DNA of 64,000 nucleotides from a virus. Taxonomy: Duplodnaviria > Caudoviricetes. Of this stretch, positions 28,429 through 37,436 are shown one piece after another. Where the stretch lies: positions 1 to 64,000 of IMG/VR virus record IMGVR_UViG_2657245709_000001; one strand, given 5' to 3'. Position 1 is the stretch's first letter. Every line of letters starts with the position of its first letter. A model generated the notes under the pieces. It saw only the letters and a program-made list of their open reading frames with translations. It ran no database searches and was not told the DNA's origin. The translations under genes and the position numbers were made by a program.

Positions 28429-28443
28429 CGGGGTTCCTCCGGG

Positions 28444-29919
28444 TCAGGCGGTGGCGTACTCGCGCAGCCACGCCATCTGCTGGTCGATGCCGCCGGGCGG
28501 CGTGTAGAAGGCCAAGTTCAGGGCGTCGGCGTCGTCCGGAGACCGGCCGAGCCTCTTCTTCGTGTCCTCCTTGGGCTCGACGACCGTGCGGCCGGCGCTG
28601 TCGAGCGTGTACTTCGGGGCGGTGAGCTGCGTGACGAGCTGCTCGCGGTCGCTCTCCTCGAGCTCGGAGAGGTCCCAGGACCGGTCCTCGGAGAGCTGCC
28701 GGGCGACGCGCCACCAGATCTCCGACCGCAGCCTCGGGAACCGGTCCGGCTCCTCCGACTTCACCGAGACGTTGACGGGGACGATGACGGCCTGGTGCTC
28801 GCCCTTGAGTGCCTTCTCCTGGAGGTTGCCGGCGATGCCCCACCCGATCCCGATGGAGTCGATCTTCACGGCGGTCGGCTTGACCTCCTGGATGATCGCC
28901 AGGATCCGCGCGGTCGCCTTGACCGGATCCTTCTCCCTAAACCCCCACCGGCGCCCGACCACCATGCCGCGCCGCTCGCGGACCACGGTCTCGTCACCGC
29001 CGGCACCCATGTCGATGCCGAGTTCGTGCGGGAGCTGCTGGTCGGCCGGGCGCTTCTCCTCGCGCTCGGCGTGGCAGGCGCGCAGGGCCGAGAGGCGCAC
29101 GACGCCGTCCTCGGCCTCGTTCGGGAACTCGCCCAAGACCTTGCTGATGTAGGTCGGGGAGGACTCGCCGAACTCGTCGCGCATGTCGTCGACGTACTCC
29201 TGGCTGACCAGGCTCGGCCGCAGCTCGTCCGGCACCGGCTCCCCGGTGAAGTTCGGGGTGTCGAACGTGCTGATGTGGATGGTGTGCCAGCGGGAGCCCG
29301 GCTGGCACACCCGCGCGAAGTGGGAGCCGGGGTCGTCCGGGTTCCCGATCGCGAGGATCCGGCAGTGCTCGCCCGTCGCGATCGACATAGCGGCGGTCCA
29401 GAACTGCTTGTTGATGCCGCACGCCTCGTCCAGGATCACCAGGACGTACTTGGCGTGGATGCCCTGGAAGGCGTGCGGGTTGTAGTCGGACGGCTTCCGG
29501 CCGAACGCGATCAGTTGCTTGTTGAGCTTCCAGTCGGTCTCGTTGACCCGGCCGATGAACTCCGTGCCGCGCGCTTCGGCCTTCACCCAGGCGGAGTTGA
29601 TCTCGGACCAGAGGATCGCCTTGACCTGGTCGCCCGTCGGCGCCGTGGTGACGACCCGGGCCTCGCCGGGCGGGTGCGTGTCGAGCCACCAGCACGTCAA
29701 CCGGGAAGCACTGAAGCTCTTGCCGCTGCCGTGGCAGGAGTGCACGGCGGTGAACCGGTTCGTTCTCACGGACTCGGCGATCTCGAGCTGTTTCGACCAC
29801 AGGTGCTCGCCCAGCTTGTCCTTCGCCCACAGGCCCGGCTGCGTGACGTAGGACTGGGCCTGCTGCTCCCGCTCGATTCCCTCATCCAGCCAGTCCGCGG
29901 CGAGAGCGAGAGCATCCAT
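28444..29919 (-). CDS. terL: Terminase large subunit (491 aa)
   Basis: Walker A CHGSGKS, Walker B VILDEA, coupling motif GNP, nuclease motifs GIDMG and SPDDADAL. Confidence 0.95.
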   Translation of the reverse strand: MDALALAADWLDEGIEREQQAQSYVTQPGLWAKDKLGEHLWSKQLEIAESVRTNRFTAVHSCHGSGKSFSASRLTCWWLDTHPPGEARVVTTAPTGDQVKAILWSEINSAWVKAEARGTEFIGRVNETDWKLNKQLIAFGRKPSDYNPHAFQGIHAKYVLVILDEACGINKQFWTAAMSIATGEHCRILAIGNPDDPGSHFARVCQPGSRWHTIHISTFDTPNFTGEPVPDELRPSLVSQEYVDDMRDEFGESSPTYISKVLGEFPNEAEDGVVRLSALRACHAEREEKRPADQQLPHELGIDMGAGGDETVVRERRGMVVGRRWGFREKDPVKATARILAIIQEVKPTAVKIDSIGIGWGIAGNLQEKALKGEHQAVIVPVNVSVKSEEPDRFPRLRSEIWWRVARQLSEDRSWDLSELEESDREQLVTQLTAPKYTLDSAGRTVVEPKEDTKKRLGRSPDDADALNLAFYTPPGGIDQQMAWLREYATA

Positions 29920-29934
29920 CGCGGGCCCCCTGCC

Positions 29935-30531
29935 CTAGACCGCCCGCAGGTGACGGGCGGCAACCGCCTTGGCCGCCGACGCCTCCGGGCCGGTGACGCC
30001 GGCGTGCGCGAGCGCGGCCTCGATCGCGCCGATCACGACGGTCGCCTGCTGCTCGCTGATCGCCGCCAGCCGCTCGTCGATCCGCAGCCGCCCGATCGTG
30101 CCCAGCACGTTCACGCACCGGTCCAGCGCCCGCTCGTACAGGGCGACCTCCGAGCGGAGCTGTTCAGCACGCTTGTCGTCGGTGTACCGGATCTGCTGGA
30201 GCTCGTTGACGCGGTCGGCGAGGGCGTCCTTCCACGCGATGACCTGCCCGGCGAGCTGGGAGAGCGCGGTGAGCGGGTTCTCCACGGCCGGGACGTCCAG
30301 GCGGGCCAGCGCGCGGCGGGTATCCGCCTCCAGACGCTCCTCGGCAACACGGCGCTCCCCGGCCGCGCGGTTCTGGCGGGCGGCGCCGCCGTGGACCCGG
30401 CAGACCGTCTGCCCTTTGAGCGCCCAGGCCTGGCAGCGCTCGCCTTTCTCGCCGTTCTTGCCCTTCTTGTGGGCGGTGCAGCGCCTCTTCTCCGTCGGGG
30501 CGCGGAGGTTGCCGGTGAGGTTGGCCATCAC
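29935..30531 (-). CDS. terS: Terminase small subunit, HGG-motif type (198 aa)
   Basis: C..H...C......CRVHGG N-terminus and a helical body, directly upstream of terL. Confidence 0.8.
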   Translation of the reverse strand: MMANLTGNLRAPTEKRRCTAHKKGKNGEKGERCQAWALKGQTVCRVHGGAARQNRAAGERRVAEERLEADTRRALARLDVPAVENPLTALSQLAGQVIAWKDALADRVNELQQIRYTDDKRAEQLRSEVALYERALDRCVNVLGTIGRLRIDERLAAISEQQATVVIGAIEAALAHAGVTGPEASAAKAVAARHLRAV

Positions 30532-31010
30532 TGGCCTGCCGGCATCCAGTGGTCCGGCAGCTCCACCAGCGGCGCCACTTCCAGGGGGGACGTGGGCAGT
30601 TGCTTCGGGGTGCAGTCGCAGTCCGGCAGGTCCGCTTCGTTCGGTGCGGTGCAGCCGCTCTGGTGGATGCGCGCGGCGGCCTCGAGGCTGATGGCGTGCT
30701 GGGCACAGGCGTATACGGCAACGAGGACGTCGTCGGCGGTCGGCAGCGGTCCGAAGTCGGGGGCAGGCTGCGAGAGCTTGACGGCCTCCGCGCGGCGCTT
30801 CTCTTCGAGGCCGCGGACGTCGGCCAGCTCGCTGTCGGTGGGGCGGCGCTGCCAGGAGACGACCGCTCGACGGCGGCAGGTGCCGCAGCCGTGGCCAGAA
30901 GTCCCCGGTTCCTGCAGCGAATCCGGGGCCGGGGAAGCGGTGGCGGGCCCGGGTGCTCCTTCGGCGGTCTGCGGTACGGGATCGGGCTGCGGCGGGCTGA
31001 GGGTGTCCAC
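30528..31010 (-). CDS. Cys-rich hypothetical protein (160 aa)
   Basis: GGAGG RBS; ATGA-coupled to terS. CGTC, CAQH and CDC motifs. Confidence 0.7.
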   Translation of the reverse strand: MDTLSPPQPDPVPQTAEGAPGPATASPAPDSLQEPGTSGHGCGTCRRRAVVSWQRRPTDSELADVRGLEEKRRAEAVKLSQPAPDFGPLPTADDVLVAVYACAQHAISLEAAARIHQSGCTAPNEADLPDCDCTPKQLPTSPLEVAPLVELPDHWMPAGQ

Positions 31011-31036
31011 GTCGCCTCCTCTGGGTTCGGTGTCGG

Positions 31037-31357
31037 TTAGGTGACGGTGAGCTGCCCGAGAGGAATCACGGGCTGCTCGGGGGTGTCGGTGATGCGGATG
31101 AAAACTGCGTACCGGCCTCGGCTAAGGACGGGCCCCGGGCTGCCGGGGCCTACGAGGACCTGCGCCCGGTAGGTGTTGGTGCCGGGGATGGGATTGGTGC
31201 CGTCCCAGCCGCCCGTGTACCAGGTCGTGGGGCGCCCGCCGACGGCCGTGAACGCGAACTCCACTACATCGACAGTGGGGTTGTAGGGCTGCCCCTGGGA
31301 GGTGACGGTCACCTCTGCGCCGATGTACTCCCGGCTGTCGCGGTCGATGGTCTGCAC
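31037..31357 (-). CDS. Small beta-sandwich structural protein (106 aa)
   Basis: GAAGGGG RBS. All-beta pattern GRYAVFIRITDTPEQPV. Confidence 0.7.
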   Translation of the reverse strand: MQTIDRDSREYIGAEVTVTSQGQPYNPTVDVVEFAFTAVGGRPTTWYTGGWDGTNPIPGTNTYRAQVLVGPGSPGPVLSRGRYAVFIRITDTPEQPVIPLGQLTVT

Positions 31358-31372
31358 CCGGCACCCCTTCGT

Positions 31373-33955
31373 CTACTCATCGACGCGCCAGCGGCTGCCG
31401 GTGAACCTGATCCGCCATCGGGTAACGCCCTCCTGCGCCGCCCACCGGCGCAGCGGCCCTGTCACCGTGACGGCCAGGTCCCTCAGCGCCCGAACGGTCT
31501 GCCACGCCCCGTACACGGCCGCGATCGCACCGGCCTCCAGGAGCAGCGCCGCGCCCCGCGACAGGCTGGTCTCCGTGCGGGCGGCAGCCGAGGAACTGGC
31601 TGTGCGTGCCGCGCGGCGCTGCAGCACCGCGGCGCAGAGCGCGTCGGCGCGCGCTGTCAGCGCTGCGGCGCGGGCCAGCCCGGCCGTGGTTGCGGCGGAG
31701 GCCAGTTGGACTGCCGCGGCACGGCGCAGCAGAACAGCACTCGCGACGGAGGCCGCCTGAAGGGTGATCGTCAGTGCCGAGCTCACCGTCCGGATGCTCG
31801 CGGCCGCCGCGGCGGCTGCAGCGGCGGCGCGCGCGACCGAGCGGGAAAGCGCACCGAGCCCGGAGGCTGCGGCCGAGCGCACGGTGGCGACACCACGACG
31901 CACAGCAGCGCCTGCGTGAACGGCAGTTGGGGCCACGATCCCGGCGCGGCGCGTCACGAAGGCGGTCGCGCTGCCGGTGGCGGTGAGGGGCCGGGCAAGC
32001 GTGCGCGCGGTGCTCGCGGTGCTGGTGGCACCGGTCGTCAGGGTGAGGAGCGTGCCGCGGCCGAGGGCCAGGGCGCGGGCGGCCACGCCGGAGGTCGCCA
32101 GGAGCAGGAAGAGCGCGGCGCCCGCCGACAGGACCGGTGTCCCGGAGGCCGCAGTCCGCAGCGCGAGCGCGACGAGGCGGCCGGACGCTCCGGCGCCGGT
32201 GCCTGCAGACGCGAAGGTCGGGCGCGCCGTACGGATGACGGCGGCCGTTCCGGTCGTGCCGGTGGCCTTGGTGCCGCCCAGGGCCCGGCGCACTGCGCCG
32301 GAGGCGAAGGCGGCCGTGGAGAGGACGAGGAGCGACGCCCGGCCGGGCACGGCTGCTGCCGTTCCGGTGCCGGACACCCGCAGGGCAACGCCGGCCCAAC
32401 GGGACAGAGCTGCTGACGTGCTGCTGGGCGCTGCGAGGACGACGGTGAGCAGGCGGGTGGCCGAGCTGCCCACGGTGGCGACGGCGGCGAAGGCGCGCGC
32501 TCGCGCCGCCGACACGACGGTGGAGGCCGACGCCGCGGCGGAGAGCGGCAGCGCCCGGGCGCCCGCTCGGGCGAGAACTCCCAGCCCTGCCGCGGGAGCC
32601 GTGTAGGTGGCGATGACGGCGCGACCGACCTGCGACGCCGCGAGCCCGATGATCGCCGCCGAGCAGACCCGGCCGACCGTACGGCGCAGGGCTGCCGCGC
32701 CCGCCACGCTCGCCGTGTACGCGGCGAACAGCGCCCGGGTGAGCAGCACCGAGCAGCCGGCGGTGGCCGCGCTGGTCCAGGTGCGGGAGACGCCCCGCCG
32801 CAGGGAGGCGGCACTGCCCGCGCTCGAGCTGTAGCTGCGCGGCAGGGACCGGCCGCTGGTACCCGCACCGGACGCTGCCGCAGACAGACGCACCCCAGTC
32901 GCCCGGGTCAGGCCCCCGACCGCGCTCCGGGCGGATGCTGCGGTTGTCGTGAGGCCGCGCCGCAGCCCGGGAGTGGCCGCGACCGGCTGCGCGAGCACCC
33001 GGCCGATCCCCCGGCGCAGCACCGTTCCCGCCGCGACCGGCTGTGCGAGGGCGCGGACGAGGCTTCTGCCGAGCTCGGTTCCGGCGGTCACGGCGGCGGT
33101 GAGGACGAGCGTCTGCACGAGACGGACGGCCAGCGCCCGGGCGGACACCGCGGTCGCCGCCAGCACCACGGCGCCGGCGCGCCGCGCGGTGCCTGTGGCT
33201 GCGGCACCGGCCGTGCGGAGCAGGCCGGCCCGGCGCTGGAGAACGGGCGCCCCCGTCCCGCTGCCGGACTGGCGAACACCTGCCCCGCGGACCACCTTGC
33301 TCATTCCTGCGGAGGGCGTGGTGAGGGTCACGGCTCCAATGGCGCTGACGAGGACCCCGAGGGTCGCCGAGTTGCCCGCCGGGCTCTGCGTGCAGGCGGG
33401 CGTGGATGTGCTGGTGACAGCGGGGTTCCAGATGACCGCGTTGCCCGCGCCCGTGACGGTGTACGTGAAGCCCGGGGTGGATCCGGCCGCGCTGGTGTTG
33501 CTGACGTACGCGTACCCGACGTAGAGGCGTGCACCGGCGGTCGGGGTGAGAGCGGGGAAGGTGATCGCGGTGTTGCTGGTGGCGACGGTGTTCCCGCCGG
33601 TGCCGTCGGCCGCCCACACGGTGGAGGCGAGGCTCGAGGTGAACTGCTCGGCGCAGAGCTCGGTCGCGGTCAGCATCACGCTCGAGCTGAACGTGATGCT
33701 GACGGTGGTCGAGGCGGTCCCGGTGATGGTGCCTAGCCACCACTCAATCGTGCCGTTGACCGTGGCCTCGGACACGGAAGCGATCCGGGTCCAGGTCGTT
33801 GGCCCGCCGCCGGTCACGCTCGCCACGGTGACGGTGCGGTCGGCGACGCGCACGGCCAGGAGCCACGCGTTGCCGACGGTCGGGCCGGAGACCGTCAGGG
33901 TGGTGACGCCCGTGCCCCGGGCCGTCTGGAGGGACCCGACAGCGGTAATCGACAC
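31373..33955 (-). CDS. Fibre-like structural protein: N-terminal beta domain plus a long Ala/Arg/Thr quasi-repeat shaft (860 aa)
   Basis: GAAAGG RBS. About 205-aa Thr-rich head, then roughly 19-aa periodic repeats. Confidence 0.7.
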   Translation of the reverse strand: MSITAVGSLQTARGTGVTTLTVSGPTVGNAWLLAVRVADRTVTVASVTGGGPTTWTRIASVSEATVNGTIEWWLGTITGTASTTVSITFSSSVMLTATELCAEQFTSSLASTVWAADGTGGNTVATSNTAITFPALTPTAGARLYVGYAYVSNTSAAGSTPGFTYTVTGAGNAVIWNPAVTSTSTPACTQSPAGNSATLGVLVSAIGAVTLTTPSAGMSKVVRGAGVRQSGSGTGAPVLQRRAGLLRTAGAAATGTARRAGAVVLAATAVSARALAVRLVQTLVLTAAVTAGTELGRSLVRALAQPVAAGTVLRRGIGRVLAQPVAATPGLRRGLTTTAASARSAVGGLTRATGVRLSAAASGAGTSGRSLPRSYSSSAGSAASLRRGVSRTWTSAATAGCSVLLTRALFAAYTASVAGAAALRRTVGRVCSAAIIGLAASQVGRAVIATYTAPAAGLGVLARAGARALPLSAAASASTVVSAARARAFAAVATVGSSATRLLTVVLAAPSSTSAALSRWAGVALRVSGTGTAAAVPGRASLLVLSTAAFASGAVRRALGGTKATGTTGTAAVIRTARPTFASAGTGAGASGRLVALALRTAASGTPVLSAGAALFLLLATSGVAARALALGRGTLLTLTTGATSTASTARTLARPLTATGSATAFVTRRAGIVAPTAVHAGAAVRRGVATVRSAAASGLGALSRSVARAAAAAAAAAASIRTVSSALTITLQAASVASAVLLRRAAAVQLASAATTAGLARAAALTARADALCAAVLQRRAARTASSSAAARTETSLSRGAALLLEAGAIAAVYGAWQTVRALRDLAVTVTGPLRRWAAQEGVTRWRIRFTGSRWRVDE

Positions 33956-33989
33956 CGGGCGCCCTTTCAGCCGGCCGGACTGCTCAGGG

Positions 33990-34628
33990 TCAGGAGAACG
34001 ACAGCTTCGTCGTCGCGGTGAGGCTGTCGCCGGAGTTGAGTGCGAGCCCGGTGAACGACGCGTGGAGCAGGAGCGAGCCGTTCGCGATGGCCGTGGAGCC
34101 GGGGGTGTTTCCGCCGGTGACGACCGCGCCGCTGGAGTGGGTGGCGGCGGTGGAGCCGTTGACGCCGCGGGTGACCGTCCACGTGGTGGTGCCCTGGCCG
34201 GCGGTTACGGTCATGACCTCCCCGTCGACCTGGATGTTGTAGTTACCCGAGCCGGGGAAACCCGAGGCGGACGCCACCGTCAGGGAGGTCGAGCTGGTCG
34301 AGGCGATCGCGGCGGACAGGGTCGTCGCGGCGGGCTTCGACGCGGAGTCGGACAGGAACGTTTCGGTGATGGTCTGACCGGATGCGGAGGTCAGGGTGCC
34401 CACGACCTGGTAGGTGTCGTTCGTCGAGGTCGTCGTCACCAGCGAACTCGTGCCCGCTACCCGGGATTCGGCGGCCTCGGCGAAGGGGGCGACGTCCGAG
34501 GCCGCGGCGGTCGGGGTGCCGATCCCCCAGCCGAGGTTCTTCGGCTCGGCCTGGGTGGGCGAGGTACCGATCAGGCGGCCGGCCACGATCTCCCGGCCCT
34601 TGGCGGTGAACACGACGGTCGTGGGCAT
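33990..34628 (-). CDS. Virion structural protein (212 aa)
   Basis: ATG at 34628 with GGAGGAG RBS. VVFTAKG...GWGIGT...ITET...LNSGDSL pattern. Confidence 0.75.
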   Translation of the reverse strand: MPTTVVFTAKGREIVAGRLIGTSPTQAEPKNLGWGIGTPTAAASDVAPFAEAAESRVAGTSSLVTTTSTNDTYQVVGTLTSASGQTITETFLSDSASKPAATTLSAAIASTSSTSLTVASASGFPGSGNYNIQVDGEVMTVTAGQGTTTWTVTRGVNGSTAATHSSGAVVTGGNTPGSTAIANGSLLLHASFTGLALNSGDSLTATTKLSFS

Positions 34629-34630
34629 GC

Positions 34631-34843
34631 CTACTCCTCCTGGGTGCTGGCGGACTGGGCCGCGCGGTTGGCCGCTCTGGCGCGGCGGTTGAAGCGGCGC
34701 TGGCCCCACACCCGCCACCAGGCGCGGCGCAGCGGGTTGCGATGCCAGTACACGCCGGTGCCGATGTCGACCGTGGTGCCGTCGGCGCGGGTGATCACGA
34801 AGTCCTGCGAGGCGGACTTGTGTGCCTTCGCGTTCTCGCTCAC
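34631..34843 (-). CDS. Small basic protein (70 aa)
   Basis: GTGA-coupled to the upstream gene. VITRADGT...YWHRNPLRR. Confidence 0.7.
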   Translation of the reverse strand: MSENAKAHKSASQDFVITRADGTTVDIGTGVYWHRNPLRRAWWRVWGQRRFNRRARAANRAAQSASTQEE

Positions 34844-35157
34844 CCGTGGCCGCTCTCCGGCTGGTCACCCGCGGCGCGGGCGGCGGCGTGCTCGGCGCGG
34901 ATCTCGGCGAGGCACTCGGTGTACGGGCGGCCGGTGGCCGCCTGCCGCTCCCGGGCAAGCCGCTTCACCTTCGCGTTGTTCTTCGGCACGGTCCCCTCCT
35001 GCTGCGCTCGCGTGGCCCGTTCCTTCTGCCGGGCTGCGGCCTTGCGCTGCCCGCAGACCGGCTCCTTCACCGGCCCGTCCAGGAGCCGCTTGACAACCTC
35101 CCGCTGCCGACGGCGCCGCTCAGCACGCCCGAACTTCGGCTGCTCCGGCATCAGCAC
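34840..35157 (-). CDS. Basic hypothetical protein (about 105 aa)
   Basis: Coupled to both neighbours. ARERQAATGRPYTECL motif. Confidence 0.6.
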   Translation of the reverse strand: MLMPEQPKFGRAERRRRQREVVKRLLDGPVKEPVCGQRKAAARQKERATRAQQEGTVPKNNAKVKRLARERQAATGRPYTECLAEIRAEHAAARAAGDQPESGHG

Positions 35158-35465
35158 CTCCCAGGCCGTGGGGAGCAGAAGGCTTCCGCCGCGCCCCGGG
35201 CCAGACCGAGCGCGAACTCAGCGGATTCTGGTGGTCGTTGGACGTGCACGACCACGTTCTGACCCGCGTCCTGGGGGTGCCCGGGAACGGCGACCGCCTC
35301 GAGGTGCGCGGTGCGGACGTGGGCTTTCAGCGGGTCGGCATCCACGGTGAGCGGCACGTACGGGCGCCCTGCGTTCGTCTCTACGTGGCCCGCCGACAGC
35401 GGGAGGTCGACGGGGGTTCCGCAGATCGGGCAGTCGACCGGGATCTTGGCGAGCAATGCAGTCAT
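35151..35465 (-). CDS. Zinc-finger-like hypothetical protein (104 aa)
   Basis: ATG at 35465 with GGAGG RBS. CPICG...HxxxxH. Confidence 0.6.
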   Translation of the reverse strand: MTALLAKIPVDCPICGTPVDLPLSAGHVETNAGRPYVPLTVDADPLKAHVRTAHLEAVAVPGHPQDAGQNVVVHVQRPPESAEFALGLARGAAEAFCSPRPGRC

Positions 35466-35466
35466 C

Positions 35467-35805
35467 TCAGGCCTCCGGAGCTGGCGTTGGCCACGCCCAG
35501 GTGCCGTCGGTGTCACCGTTGATGACGTGCTCGGCCCAGTACACGTCGGGGCCGTCCAGGAGCACCTTGAGGTTGACTGCGCCGGCCGCGCTGCCTGCGC
35601 GGACCACGATGGCCGGAAGCAGTTGGCCGGTGCGGACGTGCGGGGCGCGGGTCGGTGTGGCGGCGCGCTGTCGGGCGATGGCGCGGACGTCGGCGTGGCT
35701 GAGGCGGTAGAGAACCTGGCCCCCGAGTTGCGGGACGCGGGGCGGCCAGAACGTGCTGGGCCCCGGCGCGGGTGCGGGGCAGGGCTGGTCGGCGGGGTGG
35801 GACAT
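35467..35805 (-). CDS. Hypothetical phage protein (112 aa)
   Basis: GGAGG RBS. LPAIV...VNLKVLLDG...GTWAWP motif. Confidence 0.7.
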   Translation of the reverse strand: MSHPADQPCPAPAPGPSTFWPPRVPQLGGQVLYRLSHADVRAIARQRAATPTRAPHVRTGQLLPAIVVRAGSAAGAVNLKVLLDGPDVYWAEHVINGDTDGTWAWPTPAPEA

Positions 35806-35814
35806 CGGGCCCTC

Positions 35815-36183
35815 CTAGGGGCGGGTGGGCGGTGCCGGTTCGACAGCGATCAGTTCAGTGACCGTGAGAAGTCCGGCGCGGGAGGGGTGGGGGTCGTGGG
35901 ACATGTGGTCGGCCTCCCAGCACACGGCGTGCCGGACGCCCCGCGGTGACAGCCCCCACGCCATCCCGTACGGGCAGGGGGCGCCGTCGGGGACGGTGTA
36001 GAGGGCGTAGCCGTGGCCGTGGCAGAAGCCGACGAGCCGCTCGAGCCAGTCCTCGCCGCCGGCGGCGAAGTGCGGGACGGTGTGCAGCGGCAGCTCAAGG
36101 AGGCTGGCGACGACGGCCTGGAGGCAGTTGCCGGGGCGCCCGGCGGGGTCGTCGTGGAGGATCGTCTGGGTCACCGGTCGCAC
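35815..36183 (-). CDS. Small papain/C39-like cysteine peptidase fold protein (122 aa)
   Basis: GTG at 36183. Q...GNCLQAVVASLL...HAV...HDPHP suggests a Cys-His-Asp triad. Confidence 0.55.
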   Translation of the reverse strand: MRPVTQTILHDDPAGRPGNCLQAVVASLLELPLHTVPHFAAGGEDWLERLVGFCHGHGYALYTVPDGAPCPYGMAWGLSPRGVRHAVCWEADHMSHDPHPSRAGLLTVTELIAVEPAPPTRP

Positions 36184-36335
36184 GTCCGCGCCCCCGATCA
36201 GTTCCGTGGTGGTGGACAGCGGCCGGTGAGGCAACGGGACTGGCCCTCGGCCACGCGGCCTCGAGGGCGCTCGCAGCGCCGAAGGGGGTGTTGACCTCTG
36301 GGCAGAACCGCGCCCGCGGGCGGAGGCTGCGGGGG

Positions 36336-36746
36336 TCACCAGGAGCCCGTCCAGTCGCCGGGCCCGTCCCACATCGCCTCCACCGTCTGCCGGCTGCGGT
36401 GGGCGCCGCACAGGGGCCGGTAGAAGAGCAGCCCGGGGAGCGCGGCGACCTTGTCGGTCGGCTCCGCGCAGACGCCGGACGGCGTGGGGGCTTCGCAGCC
36501 CGACCAGCCCAGCACCTGCCGCTCCAAGTCCACGCGGTCGAGGAGTACTTCCCGCATGTGGGCGTACGCGCCGACAGGTGTGGGATGCCCGATGTCCCGC
36601 CACGCCTCGCTGCGCGCGCGACGGCCGCGGGGCTGGGCCATGACGCGCCTCGCTGCGTCCGCGCAGCACTCGATGTACCGGCCTGCGTACACCCATGTCC
36701 CGGCGCGTGGCCCGGTGGCGAGCTGCTTCACGGTGTGCTCCTGCAC
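36336..36746 (-). CDS. Hypothetical Cys-containing protein (136 aa)
   Basis: GTG at 36746 with GAGGGGG RBS. Confidence 0.55.
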   Translation of the reverse strand: MQEHTVKQLATGPRAGTWVYAGRYIECCADAARRVMAQPRGRRARSEAWRDIGHPTPVGAYAHMREVLLDRVDLERQVLGWSGCEAPTPSGVCAEPTDKVAALPGLLFYRPLCGAHRSRQTVEAMWDGPGDWTGSW

Positions 36747-37074
36747 GGCAGCACCCCCTCGGTGGCGTGGTGGGCGTGGTGTTGCCCGCGCGCCCGCCCG
36801 GGCCTGCTTCACCGGAGGGCGCGCGGGAGGGGGTTCCTCACGCCGTGGGTCTGGGAGTGCCCGCGCGGTGAGGAGAAGGGTCCGCTGCCCGGGGGCGCGC
36901 CGCAGTCCCGGCGGCGTGCCCAGCGATCCGCCCAGATGCCGGTCCGGGCAGCGGAGATTGGGGGGTGGACCACCGCACGCGCGGCGACCCTCGGCGCCGT
37001 GCGTGCGGCGGTCCGTCTCCCCGTACCCGCGGCTCGCAGGCGGCAGGTGCGGGAAGAGCTCGAGGGGCGGTGCT

Positions 37075-37329
37075 TCAGACGGTGGTCGTGGCCGGCATGC
37101 CGTAGGTGCGGCGGGCGCGAGCCCGGGTGGTTCGCTCGGCGCGGATCACGTCTGTTGCGCGGAAGAGGGGCTGTCCGGCGGGGGTGGTCATCGGCCGGCC
37201 ACTCTCGGTCCGGGCCTGCGGCAGGTGGCCGCGATATTTCCAGTTCCGGACGGTGTTCGGCTCGACGCCGGCGGCCTCGGCCGCCTCCTGGGCCGTCCAG
37301 AGTCGGGATTGCAGGTCTGACAGGTCCAT
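37075..37329 (-). CDS. MerR-type HTH DNA-binding protein (84 aa)
   Basis: ATG at 37329 with GGAGG RBS. WTAQEAAEAAGVEPNTVRNWKYRGHL. Confidence 0.8.
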   Translation of the reverse strand: MDLSDLQSRLWTAQEAAEAAGVEPNTVRNWKYRGHLPQARTESGRPMTTPAGQPLFRATDVIRAERTTRARARRTYGMPATTTV

Positions 37330-37436
37330 CGCCGGGCCTCCGTCCGGTGTGGGAAACGTGAAAGGCCCCGCGCTGGCGAGGCCCTGGATGCGGACATGGT
37401 GATCCGGGATCAGCATCACGCGTGATGCGCAGGGCG

